Source of the DNA: a bacterium
Lineage (GTDB): Bacteria > Verrucomicrobiota > Verrucomicrobiia > Limisphaerales > RI-55
Length of the DNA: 64,000 bases
Assembly (NCBI GenBank): GCA_016124235.1
Contig: WGOC01000022.1
Coordinates: 157,923-221,922 of the forward strand
Direction: 5' to 3'
The first letter of the stretch is position 1; every line of letters begins with the position of its first letter. The notes beneath the pieces are model-generated. The model saw nothing but the letters and a program-made list of their open reading frames with translations. It was not told where the DNA came from and did not search any database. Position numbers and translations under genes: made by a program. Shown here one piece after another: positions 38,372 through 46,663 of the stretch.

Positions 38372-40311
38372 GCCGCTGGAATCCCGATGGCTGTCCGATT
38401 TTTTCGGATGGTTTCAACAATGACGCGTTCGCCTTCCGCTGAGCGTGCCCAATTGATCATTGCGTTGCGATCGTCGAGAAGGCCGATGGAAATCTTTTGG
38501 GCACTGGGTGCCGCCACGGCCGGCATGGCTGCGGCTTTGCCGGAAGCGAGCGCGCGCAGATTGTTCACCCCGATCCGTGCCGTCTGTTGATCGGTGAATA
38601 CAAACTCACGTTTGTGAACTACCCCGGCCACCTGGTTGGGATCACCATCGCCGGTGTAGTCACCAGCCTTGTATCCGCCGTAATTCTGGCTGGCAATCGT
38701 CGCGACATTGGCTAACCCAGCGGCCGTGACGCCCGCGGCGGCGATGTAGTTGAGACCGGTTGGGTTTTCGCCCAAAGCCCGTGAGGCAGCGAGGTACGTG
38801 CTTATGATCGCCTCACTAACCGCAAGTGCCTTGTAAGCCACAAATCCTTTCGCACCGAATGCCTTGGAGGCTTCAGCGAAACCGGACAAACCCTGGATGG
38901 CCAGCTCCAGTTCGTTTTCGCGAATCTTCTTCCGCTTCTCTGCCTCCCGCCGTTTGATCTCCGTAATATCCTGCTCGGTCTGATCAATCTTATCCTTCAG
39001 GTCGAACCACTGATCAGCCACTTCCGCGAACGCCTTGGTGTAGGTTTCCCCGTCCGGCATAAACACGTGTTCAAACTTCTGCCCGATGTCAGCCTGGATA
39101 ATTTGGAGCTGATCTTTCTCGCGCTCCAGTTGCTGGATCAACCCTTCCGAAGTCAGGCCGGCTTCGTTACTGCGCATTGATCGGTAGGCCAGCGCGTTCT
39201 GGGTTGCGCGATCAACGCCCACCGGAGCTTTTTTCTCGGCACCACCAGGAACGTCGCCGGCATTATTGGATTGCTGATCAACGGGGATCGCATCCCACAT
39301 TTTCCCAGCCATTGCGGCCAATAACTGATTCCTTGGTGAGAGTGCCGCCATCGCAAATCGCTTAGCCAGCGACGCGATTGTGTCTGCATGCCTGATTCCC
39401 GCGTTGCCAACCTGAGTGGCCATCTGGGCCAGCTTGAATAGCTTGCCCATGCCTTCCACAAAACCAGGACTGTTTACCAGCTTGGTGAGTTCCTTGAACG
39501 TTGTCTCAAGCTCACCAAAGAAGCCCTTGCCAGCGTGGCCCGCCTGAATGTCAAATGATTGCTTAAGATTGGACCAGAGAACCGCGTAAGACTCTTTCGC
39601 CGCGTCGGTCGCTTCCTTGAAGCCAGTCAATTTCGTTTCCAGAAAATCGAACAGACGGCCTTCGCGCTGTGCGGTGAGCACATCCTCGCGTGTGATCCCG
39701 AGCGACTTTGCCAGGAATGAATCCGGCCCGATGTTACCCGTCAGCAAATCACGCGATTCCTGCGTGAGTTGCCGGCCCTCCAAACCGACTGCGCGTACAG
39801 CGTTGGCCAGATCTAATGCCAGCTGGACTTGCTGGTTTAACGGAATCCCTGCGCGAGACTGTGCCGCCGTCGTCGATTGAAAGAGTTCGACCAGTTCGCC
39901 GTACGTGGCCGCGCTTTCAAGTGACTTGACCTTAAGCTGCTCAAGCAACGCGTCGGAGATCTTCAACGCCTGGTTGAAGTCTGTCACTCGGTCCGGGTTC
40001 ATCGACCGCAGGATGGCCGCTATGCCGAGCCGTGACGTCTCCATCTGCTTGTTGAAGCTCACGCTCGTGTGGACAATGTCCTCCATCACTCCGAGCACTT
40101 CACGCAGACCGCGCAACATGATGCTGGTGAAGTTAATCCCCAGCCCGGTCTTCAGCGCTTGAATCCACGAGTTAGTGGCGGTGGTATTGTCCGCTGTCGT
40201 CTTCGCGGCGTTCTTCCCCTCATTCACCAACGATTTGAAACCTGCCAACGTGCTCTGCAGCTTGGCTAGCTCCGAGTTGATCTGGATGAGAATGTCAACC
40301 TTGTTGGGCAT
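38368..40311 (-). CDS. phage tail tape-measure-like protein
   Basis: 647 aa, largely helical and low-complexity. A TMP-core-like segment is present (ESAATYGELVELFQSTTAAQSRAGIPLNQQVQLALDLANAVRAVG). The C-terminal GGYKAGDYTGDGDPNQVAGVVHKREFVFTDQQTARIG matches the GYTG.G...AG.VH.gE.V signature recalled from lambda-type TMP C-termini. Not verified by HMM. Confidence 0.65.
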   Translation of the reverse strand: MPNKVDILIQINSELAKLQSTLAGFKSLVNEGKNAAKTTADNTTATNSWIQALKTGLGINFTSIMLRGLREVLGVMEDIVHTSVSFNKQMETSRLGIAAILRSMNPDRVTDFNQALKISDALLEQLKVKSLESAATYGELVELFQSTTAAQSRAGIPLNQQVQLALDLANAVRAVGLEGRQLTQESRDLLTGNIGPDSFLAKSLGITREDVLTAQREGRLFDFLETKLTGFKEATDAAKESYAVLWSNLKQSFDIQAGHAGKGFFGELETTFKELTKLVNSPGFVEGMGKLFKLAQMATQVGNAGIRHADTIASLAKRFAMAALSPRNQLLAAMAGKMWDAIPVDQQSNNAGDVPGGAEKKAPVGVDRATQNALAYRSMRSNEAGLTSEGLIQQLEREKDQLQIIQADIGQKFEHVFMPDGETYTKAFAEVADQWFDLKDKIDQTEQDITEIKRREAEKRKKIRENELELAIQGLSGFAEASKAFGAKGFVAYKALAVSEAIISTYLAASRALGENPTGLNYIAAAGVTAAGLANVATIASQNYGGYKAGDYTGDGDPNQVAGVVHKREFVFTDQQTARIGVNNLRALASGKAAAMPAVAAPSAQKISIGLLDDRNAMINWARSAEGERVIVETIRKNRTAIGIPAA

Positions 40312-40768
40312 GCGCGTTTGGGTTGATGGAAATCAGCTTCCCGAGTTCAGGGCTCAGTGCGACCGCCTGTGGCCAGAGATCCATGTGCGTGAGATCCGCG
40401 CCGATGCTGGCAAGTTCGGAAGTCATCATCTCGCGGGCGGACTCGGGAACGGATTCGTGACCGAGAAGATTTATGTACGTGGCTAACAGTTGCCGCTTGA
40501 TTTGCCCCAGCGTTTCGTTGTCTCGCAGGATCTCGGAACGAGACTCTTCAAAAACTGGACGATCAGGGCTGTCGAATGATGCGCCACCAACTGGAAACCG
40601 TGATTGGTGTTCGTCCATCCTTCGGGAGAGCGCGCTTTTCAACAGAACTCCCTGGTTGAGCAGTTCATCTCGACGCTGAAGAAGGCCGGCAATCTCAGTG
40701 GCGGTAACCGGGTCCCGACTAACGATAGCAATGGACATCGCTGGTTGGTTCGGCGTGCTCAAATTCAT
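40295..40768 (-). CDS. hypothetical protein (157 aa)
   Basis: Intact ORF in the operon. Its start overlaps the upstream stop by 4 nt and its end overlaps the TMP-like start by 17 nt. No family recognised. Confidence 0.5.
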   Translation of the reverse strand: MNLSTPNQPAMSIAIVSRDPVTATEIAGLLQRRDELLNQGVLLKSALSRRMDEHQSRFPVGGASFDSPDRPVFEESRSEILRDNETLGQIKRQLLATYINLLGHESVPESAREMMTSELASIGADLTHMDLWPQAVALSPELGKLISINPNAHAQQG

Positions 40769-41190
40769 GGGTTGCCTCCAGTTTCAAATTCGAGCGGGTC
40801 CAGATACACAGCCTCCCCGCACTCCGGACAATCGTAGAGGTGGCACTGATCCCACGTGCCTCGCCAATCGCAATGAACGCAGTGCGCGGTGTAATGGGAC
40901 GGCGGCTCAGTGAGCACAGCGCGTTGGCGCGCACTCATTAATTTGATGGGGACCTCGCTATTATACACAGCGCGCACTTCGTCATCGCTCCCAGCCCACA
41001 GCCAACCAAAGACAGTTTCCAGCCGGGCTTCCAGGAACCATCGAACATGATCGCGAAAGCCGTTGGGACGTTCCGGATATGGATAGGAAACGCGGTTCAC
41101 TAGGTTCATCAGACCGGCAAGCTGATTCATTCCCCACGAGCGGGCACGCTGAAGGGGGGAATTGGTGATCGTCGGCGGGTGCAGTGTCAC
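40765..41190 (-). CDS. hypothetical protein with C-terminal zinc-ribbon (CVHC...CPEC)
   Basis: 141 aa with HCVHCDWRGTWDQCHLYDCPECGEAVY. There are 4-nt overlaps at both ends. Confidence 0.55.
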   Translation of the reverse strand: MTLHPPTITNSPLQRARSWGMNQLAGLMNLVNRVSYPYPERPNGFRDHVRWFLEARLETVFGWLWAGSDDEVRAVYNSEVPIKLMSARQRAVLTEPPSHYTAHCVHCDWRGTWDQCHLYDCPECGEAVYLDPLEFETGGNP

Positions 41191-41780
41191 GATTCGCCTC
41201 CTTTGCTGAAATCTGGGGTTTGACGAGCTGAACAGGGCCGCTGCCGTTTGCTGCCGTTTGTACGTGCGCGGCTTTCGGCCGGTTCGCGGCTCAAGACAGC
41301 GGCCAAATCGTCCTGGGGCATTTTAGAGCGTTGCTTTCTGGCCACTTTGGAAGCCGGTTTTGGGCTCAGATGCCGTTCAGCCAAAAACTGCCGAGCCGAG
41401 GCGACGCTTACGAGCCGTTCGTGCCTGACTACGCGCCCGACAATCATCCCACGTCGACACAACTCCATAACGTGCGGTCGTGTGCAGGAAATAATTCTGC
41501 CCAATTCAATACAGGGGATCTCCAACTTGCCGGAGCCCGGCAGGATGAACAGCAACGCCGCATCAAGATTGTGAAAGCGTTGACCTCCGGGAAGGAGGGA
41601 TTCGGCAAGGATGCGGATCGCGCGCTTCCTCCGACCCAATCCAATATCGAATGCCCAGCGAATCTTACCCTTACGAATTAGGGCCTCGACTTCGGCGTAA
41701 TTCAGAAACAACGCGGACTGCAGGCTCACTGGTTTGACCAGGCGTGCGCGTGGCGGTGTGGCTGTTCGCGTGGCGGGCAT
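41187..41780 (-). CDS. putative DNA-binding protein (two excisionase/MerR-like HTH segments)
   Basis: 197 aa. LNYAEVEALIRKGKIRWAF and IISCTRPHVMELCRRGMIVGRV resemble HTH_17-type motifs. The tail is basic. Confidence 0.5.
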   Translation of the reverse strand: MPATRTATPPRARLVKPVSLQSALFLNYAEVEALIRKGKIRWAFDIGLGRRKRAIRILAESLLPGGQRFHNLDAALLFILPGSGKLEIPCIELGRIISCTRPHVMELCRRGMIVGRVVRHERLVSVASARQFLAERHLSPKPASKVARKQRSKMPQDDLAAVLSREPAESRARTNGSKRQRPCSARQTPDFSKGGES

Positions 41781-41783
41781 CCC

Positions 41784-42383
41784 TCAAAGTTTCTGCTGAC
41801 ATCCGCCAGTGACCCATGCCCGATAGCCAGCCGGATGCGCTTGCATTGCGGCGTCGAGTGCTTCCCCGCGCGTGGCGCCGGAGCCCAATTTGGCGTGGTA
41901 AGCGTTGACGAAATCATCAGGCGGCGCGGAACCTTGAACCACGGCGGCGGTTGGGAACGGTTCGCTGGGAACCCGGCACAACACGCTGTTGACGGAGACA
42001 CCCATCGTTTCCGCCAGCAATTCAGCCAGCGCCATGCGGTCCCAAGTGGATTCCTTGCCTTTCAGTGCGTCCGTGATCTGCTGATCATGCTGCGCGTTCA
42101 TCTCCCGGAGGTAACTCTTGCGGACGTTCGGATACTTCTCGCTGATCATACGTTCAGCGGTGGGCCGGTCCATGCCGAGATTCGAGACCAGCTGATCAAC
42201 CATCGTTGTGAATTGATGGGACTTCGCCGGGGCCGGGGCCGGGGCTGGTGAAGGTGCCGGGGCCGCCGCCTGGACGGGTAGGGGGGTTGGTCGAATCGTC
42301 TCGACGCTCGTCACGCGCAGCTCTTCCGGGGCCGGCCAGATGGGAGTGGAAAGCGCGCCTTTGATCAAAAATAATTCACTCAT
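41784..42383 (-). CDS. hypothetical protein with Pro/Ala-rich linker
   Basis: 199 aa with QAAAPAPSPAPAPAPA encoded by a GGGGCC-type short repeat (42226-42270). No family recognised. Confidence 0.55.
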   Translation of the reverse strand: MSELFLIKGALSTPIWPAPEELRVTSVETIRPTPLPVQAAAPAPSPAPAPAPAKSHQFTTMVDQLVSNLGMDRPTAERMISEKYPNVRKSYLREMNAQHDQQITDALKGKESTWDRMALAELLAETMGVSVNSVLCRVPSEPFPTAAVVQGSAPPDDFVNAYHAKLGSGATRGEALDAAMQAHPAGYRAWVTGGCQQKL

Positions 42384-42885
42384 GTGTGTCAGTTGGTTGA
42401 GGTGGAACTGCGAAAAAACCTTGGAAATCGGTGAACACCGTGATTTCCCGACGCACCAGGCCGACGGCGCTAATCAATTCGGCCGGGCAGCGGCGGTGAC
42501 ATCTGAACCAATTGGAGATCGCTGCCGGGCAATCTGGTTGCCGGGCGTAGGCTCGCCATGCTTTCTCGACCGAGCCGCGCGTAACCGTCAGAGTACGGAC
42601 GGAAGCAATCACCTCTTCAGTTAGAACGGATGAAAAACGCTTGGTGTGGCGGCGCCCTGATCGGTGCCACGCAGGGCGGAGGGCTTGAAAGCCGCCGGAT
42701 TGAAACGCGTGGAGATAGCGGTCCAACGTCTGCCGGCTGCAGCCCAGCTGGCGAGCTGCGGCGCTGCGGCCGTGGGCCTGCAGGAGGGTGGAATAATCTT
42801 CGATCAGCTGAAGACGTTCCTCGGCGATCTGGTTGGCACGGTCCATTGAAGCGAGTCTAGGTGATTTCTTCCGTTTCTGATTCAT
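42376..42885 (-). CDS. putative HTH DNA-binding protein (homeodomain-like/transposase-N-terminal type)
   Basis: AARQLGCSRQTLDRYLHAFQSGGFQAL is HTH_23-like. An alternative start is the ATG at 42846. Confidence 0.55.
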   Translation of the reverse strand: MNQKRKKSPRLASMDRANQIAEERLQLIEDYSTLLQAHGRSAAARQLGCSRQTLDRYLHAFQSGGFQALRPAWHRSGRRHTKRFSSVLTEEVIASVRTLTVTRGSVEKAWRAYARQPDCPAAISNWFRCHRRCPAELISAVGLVRREITVFTDFQGFFAVPPQPTDTHE

Positions 42886-43180
42886 GGGGCGGTCCGGGAG
42901 GATTGAAGCGCCCGTCGTCCAAGCGGGCGCCCTTGAATGTTACCGAATCCTCTCTCGCCGCGTATGCGGTCATCCAAAAATCAACGTCGTCCAAAAAGCA
43001 AAATGACAGGGGCCGCGCCGTGCCAACGCAACCCCTGTCACCCATACACCGATCGCCACCGACACCGCTTGGACTTGCGATTGTCGATTCGATGGTTTCG
43101 GCGGTAACCGAAGAGAGAACCGCCGAAATCAGGAGCGCCGCCCGCAGGCCGCGCAAATTAACTGGCACGATTGCCGGCAT
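42857..43180 (-). CDS. hypothetical small secreted protein
   Basis: The ATG at 43180 (TAATG overlap with the upstream stop) gives MPAIVPVNLRGLRAALLISAVLSSVTAE, a signal-peptide-like N-terminus. The track start at 43213 is also possible. Confidence 0.4.
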   Translation of the reverse strand: MPAIVPVNLRGLRAALLISAVLSSVTAETIESTIASPSGVGGDRCMGDRGCVGTARPLSFCFLDDVDFWMTAYAAREDSVTFKGARLDDGRFNPPGPPHESETEEIT

Positions 43181-43719
43181 TACTTTGTTTTCACGAGATA
43201 CGCGTTGAGGCAATCGATTGCCCGAAGCGCAAAGGCGACGTCGCCATCAAGGCCCGAATCATCACTCAACGGTGCGAATCCGAAGTGCCGCACGTCGTGA
43301 AGGTCCGTGCAGACGGGAAGGTAATCAAAGGCCATGCGGCGCATTTCCTCCCGCATTCCAGGATCGGAAACGAACAGGGTGATGTGTTCGGCAAATCGCT
43401 GGCCTTCCGCGACGTGAAGGTCATTGAAAGTCGTCGCAAAATTGCTTTTCAATGTCTTGATCTCCGCGCGCAGATCGCCGCAAATGGCCTGCAGTTCCTC
43501 GGGTAGTTTGGCCGCTTGGATCTGCAGCAAATCCATCCTGGTGCGCGCGCTCGCCAGCGCCGCGACGCCGGCTTCGTCGTTCGGCGAAGTCGAGTGGAGC
43601 AAGGCCTGGCAATGTTTACCCTGGGCGATGACGGCTTCGTCCTGCTCGGCGATCTTGCGCAGCATGGCGCGGCGTTGCTCGGCGACTTTTTTCAAATTGG
43701 TTGGGTCAAAATTCTTCAT
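43180..43719 (-). CDS. hypothetical protein (179 aa, helical)
   Basis: The start overlaps the Ner-like stop (ATGA). No family recognised. Confidence 0.55.
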   Translation of the reverse strand: MKNFDPTNLKKVAEQRRAMLRKIAEQDEAVIAQGKHCQALLHSTSPNDEAGVAALASARTRMDLLQIQAAKLPEELQAICGDLRAEIKTLKSNFATTFNDLHVAEGQRFAEHITLFVSDPGMREEMRRMAFDYLPVCTDLHDVRHFGFAPLSDDSGLDGDVAFALRAIDCLNAYLVKTK

Positions 43720-43955
43720 GGTTGGGTTGGGGTTGTTTGGGGCCAGAAATGAAGGCCAAAGAAATCTTCAATAGCTCTCCGCGCACGGGAGCATCTTCTT
43801 GCTGGTTGAGCGCCGTTGATGACGCCGTGAAGGTAGCGAGGTGAGTAACCAAGCCTTTCGGCCAATTCTTTTACCGTCATCCCCCGCGAAAGAATCTCAG
43901 CCCTGATTCGACGGCCGTTGCACGGATTGACGGATTGAGTTGCGAAACTTCGCAT
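43716..43955 (-). CDS. Ner-like (HTH_35) DNA-binding protein
   Basis: 79 aa. RIRAEILSRGMTVKELAERLGYSPRYLHGVING..P.......AIEDFFGLHFWP matches the Ner-family layout (HTH followed by a ..IWP-type C-terminal motif). It is divergent from the XRE-type repressor. Confidence 0.65.
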   Translation of the reverse strand: MRSFATQSVNPCNGRRIRAEILSRGMTVKELAERLGYSPRYLHGVINGAQPARRCSRARRAIEDFFGLHFWPQTTPTQP

Positions 43956-44031
43956 AGGTAACCAGCATTAAAGAAACCCGTAATGCGTGTCTTAGGAAAC
44001 ACAAAGTGTGTCCTGAGTCAAGTGGTTTTCT
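43956..44031. promoter_or_regulatory. divergent promoter/operator region between the Ner-like and repressor genes
   Basis: 76-nt intergenic region with GTGTCTTAGGAAACAC (43987-44002, GTGT/ACAC inverted) followed by a second GTGTGTCC (44006-44013). Confidence 0.45.
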
Positions 44032-44832
44032 ATGAGTAAGGCTCACATTCGATTGGAGACGTTTGGATCAAGGTTGCGTTGGGTGCGCGAACAATATGGC
44101 TTGTCGCTCGCTCAGTTTGGGCAGCGCTTCAATGTTACCAGAAGTTATCTGAGTAAGCTTGAAAGGGGCGCTGCTGTGAACCCTTCCACGGATATTGTTG
44201 ACTCGATTTGCGGCCTATATCGAGTACGAGAAAAGTGGTTGCTGGAGGGCGAAGGAATGCCGTTTGTGGATGATTTGACCAATGATCTTGCGAACAAAGG
44301 CAAGCTAAGTCCGCCTTTACAGCGAATCCCTCTCACGTCTAAGCAGAAGATGGAAATGGCGCCCTTATATGTGGCTGCGTCGGTTGTGAAAGTGCTTTCG
44401 GTTGGGCAGCTGGCGCATGCTCTCTCTGGTTTACTCAACGAGCATTCTTTGGATGATCCATTTATCGGGACAGCGGCAAGTATTTACGTTGATGAACTGG
44501 CGAAGCGGTTGAAGGAGTGGGAGGCTTCCGCTGATATTCAGAAAGCAATACCCAGTGAACAGCAGTCTACAATAGGTAAAACATATTTGACATCTAATGT
44601 TTCCCTGGCTAACCAAGACGACGTGAAGATTCCCGAAGGTTTGTGGCCCAAGATGGTTGGAAGGCTAAGAAAGCTTCTCGGTCCATCTGGAAAGAAGACT
44701 CAATTCGCTCGCGATCTCGGCGTGACCCGTCAAACGGTTCATCGTTGGTTGAACGTGGAAGAAGCCGAACCGTCCGGTGATCTTGCCCTCCGTATCCAGC
44801 GTTGGATTCAACTGGAGGAAAAAGCAAAGTGA
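44032..44832 (+). CDS. XRE-family repressor-like protein with two HTH segments
   Basis: N-terminal LRWVREQYGLSLAQFGQRFNVTRSYLSKLERG (HTH_3) and C-terminal KKTQFARDLGVTRQTVHRWLN (second HTH). 266 aa. Confidence 0.7.
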   Translation: MSKAHIRLETFGSRLRWVREQYGLSLAQFGQRFNVTRSYLSKLERGAAVNPSTDIVDSICGLYRVREKWLLEGEGMPFVDDLTNDLANKGKLSPPLQRIPLTSKQKMEMAPLYVAASVVKVLSVGQLAHALSGLLNEHSLDDPFIGTAASIYVDELAKRLKEWEASADIQKAIPSEQQSTIGKTYLTSNVSLANQDDVKIPEGLWPKMVGRLRKLLGPSGKKTQFARDLGVTRQTVHRWLNVEEAEPSGDLALRIQRWIQLEEKAK

Positions 44833-44893
44833 AACAAGGCGGCGCAATCGGTGGTCAAGACCGACTGCGCCAAGCCCAACGAAAGGTCCTATC

Positions 44894-45199
44894 GTGAGAA
44901 AAGAAATTCGTCAGGCCGACGAAGATAAGAGCACGTCGCCTGCCTCCCCACAATCGCAAAGGCGCAACCGCGCGCTTCCCAAGAGATCAGCGGTCATCCA
45001 GTTTTACGGAGCGGACGGCCGTGTCTTCTGTGAAGTTGAACTGACTCCAGAACTCTTTGCCGCCGTGCGAGGCGCCGCGCGCAAAGCCCGCTGCAGTGTG
45101 CTGACGTTCATCAAGCGGGCAATCGAGGCAAAGCTCGCTGCGTTGGAAGAGGCGCAACGTTCTGTATCCGCACTGAGTGCAGAAAGGAGCGCGAAGTGA
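44894..45199 (+). CDS. hypothetical protein, C-terminal ribbon-helix-helix-like fold
   Basis: VFCEVELTPELFAAVRGAARKARCSVLTFIKRAIEAKL fits a beta-helix-helix (Arc/CopG-like) pattern. The GTG at 44894 is preceded by GAAAGG. The start is uncertain (the ORF is open from 44777). Confidence 0.4.
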   Translation: MRKEIRQADEDKSTSPASPQSQRRNRALPKRSAVIQFYGADGRVFCEVELTPELFAAVRGAARKARCSVLTFIKRAIEAKLAALEEAQRSVSALSAERSAK

Positions 45200-45414
45200 A
45201 AAGCCGCCGCCGTCCGATCAAACAGCCGGCCAAGCCTCTCTATGACCGAGATGTCCTCGGTGAATTTGCGGATGTCGCGACATCTCTCAGCAGCCTGAAC
45301 GTTGGGGAATTGGAGGGTTTCATCCAACGGATGCGGGAATTTATCCGGGCTGCGGAAGCGCGTGTCGCCATGCTCCGAAATGAACCGCAACTCAACCCAT
45401 CAGCCCTTAACTAA
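45196..45414 (+). CDS. hypothetical protein (72 aa)
   Basis: GTGA start/stop overlap with the preceding ORF. No family recognised. Confidence 0.45.
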   Translation: MKSRRRPIKQPAKPLYDRDVLGEFADVATSLSSLNVGELEGFIQRMREFIRAAEARVAMLRNEPQLNPSALN

Positions 45415-45423
45415 GGAGGCCAC

Positions 45424-45681
45424 ATGGCAAAACGAATCATTACGAAAACGACGCCAGCCGACCTCGAACAGTTGCCACCGTGGCTCGAACATTTGGAGCC
45501 TGAACTGCGGAAGCTGGCGGTGGATTGGAACGCGGCAAAGCGCCGCCGGATGGCCGCCATGTTTTCGCGTTGGTCGGCCCAGTTGATTGAGTCGGCCGAC
45601 ATGATAGATGCCCATGAAGACGAAGGTGCTTTTGACTTGGAACAACGCAACGTGAAGGCCGGCAATCCCGCCTTCAACTGA
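45424..45681 (+). CDS. hypothetical protein (85 aa)
   Basis: The ATG is preceded by AAGGAGG (45412-45418). No family recognised. Confidence 0.5.
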   Translation: MAKRIITKTTPADLEQLPPWLEHLEPELRKLAVDWNAAKRRRMAAMFSRWSAQLIESADMIDAHEDEGAFDLEQRNVKAGNPAFN

Positions 45682-45690
45682 GGGCACACT

Positions 45691-45864
45691 ATGAAGACGC
45701 TCTTTTGTTCCGGTAAAGACGCCAAGTGTGCGTTGGTGGTAAAACGCGGCGCCCGTCGCCGCCTTCGCCATCTTCAGTTCGTCAACCCACACGGGGCGCT
45801 CGATTGGTGCATGGCTCGCGGCGTGTCGTTTGTGTGGGTGCCGGCTGGTGTTGAACCCGGCTAA
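45691..45864 (+). CDS. hypothetical small protein (57 aa, below the ORF-track cutoff)
   Basis: My own translation gives MKTLFCSGKDAKCALVVKRGARRRLRHLQFVNPHGALDWCMARGVSFVWVPAGVEPG, with stop TAA at 45862-45864 immediately before a strong hairpin. Confidence 0.35.
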   Translation: MKTLFCSGKDAKCALVVKRGARRRLRHLQFVNPHGALDWCMARGVSFVWVPAGVEPG

Positions 45865-45868
45865 AAAA

Positions 45869-45895
45869 GCGGCGGCAGGTTATCCCTGCCGCCGC
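45869..45895. terminator. strong hairpin (11-bp perfect stem) ending the repressor-side operon
   Basis: GCGGCGGCAGG-TTATC-CCTGCCGCCGC. It is preceded by AAAAAA (a U-tract only for minus-strand transcripts) and has no T-run on the plus side. Confidence 0.6.
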
Positions 45896-46428
45896 TCGCA
45901 GGCACTATCTCCAGATACGGAGAATCATGTCCGCAATGGTTAGGACGTCTTTGGCCAGCTTTAGGACCTTTTCTAAGGTCCAATATTTGTGGCGCCGACG
46001 TCCGCGATTGCGTCCGTTTCGCATGGGGTATTACCTCCATTGCAGGTCTCACGACCTCACATTGAACGCACGGTGTGTTTCCACACCTGACCCATGCGGA
46101 GCTTTACGCTCCACGCACCCGATGAGCAGCCACGGAAGCTTATGTCGCCGGGCACCTGCACGCTTCACTCGAACTCAAGACGCCCGTGGCAGGGTGAAAT
46201 TATTCCATTCCCTTTGGCTGTCAACGTGCCGCCCAGAAAGCGTTTGCAATGACCAGATCGCATGCTATGAATTCGTTTAGGAACGCCCGTCGTAATTCCC
46301 TCCAGCGGCACCTCCCACGCCGCGCTTCCTCTGATACCCGGCGGGCGTTTCCTTTTTCTCAGTGCTTGCGCCTGGTGACTGTTCTGCCACGGTAGCGAAG
46401 AACCGAGGCCGCGCATGTTGGACTCTGC

Positions 46429-46472
46429 AAAAAACCCGCCAGTGATTGAGTTCGCTGGCGGGTTTTTCTTTT
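46429..46472. terminator. bidirectional rho-independent terminator
   Basis: AAAAAA-CCCGCCAG-(12 nt loop)-CTGGCGGG-TTTTTCTTTT. It lies 9 nt beyond the end of the minus-strand ORF 46481-46663. Confidence 0.75.
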
Positions 46473-46480
46473 CTGCTGAA

Positions 46481-46663
46481 TCAGTTTGCCGCTTTGGCGT
46501 GAATAGGCACGTCCGCTCGCACCGGCGCCGGTGGTTGTGAAGGCGGCGGCGGCTGTGGCGGGGGCGGCGGCGGCCTGCTCCCAACGGGTGGAGGATTGTT
46601 TACGCCGCCTTTCTTAATCAGCCCTTCATTGGCCGCCATCATCGTTCTCGGTTTCTCGCTCAT
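46481..46663 (-). CDS. possible small proline-rich protein (60 aa)
   Basis: ...NNPPPVGSRPPPPPPQPPPPSQPPAPV... It overlaps the end of the upstream gene by 38 nt and ends just before the bidirectional terminator. Coding status is uncertain. Confidence 0.3.
   Translation of the reverse strand: MSEKPRTMMAANEGLIKKGGVNNPPPVGSRPPPPPPQPPPPSQPPAPVRADVPIHAKAAN

Noticed and set aside
42226-42270. Short GGGGCC-type tandem repeat
   Set aside because: It lies inside an intact ORF and simply encodes the APAPSPAPAPAPA linker. It is not a CRISPR or regulatory repeat.
45927-46584. ORFs 45927-46280 (+), 45861-46052 (-) and 46165-46584 (-) in the hairpin-rich segment
   Set aside because: Their composition is Arg/Cys/His-rich and there is no ribosome-binding context. 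One runs straight through the bidirectional terminator. The region is treated as non-coding (see finding).
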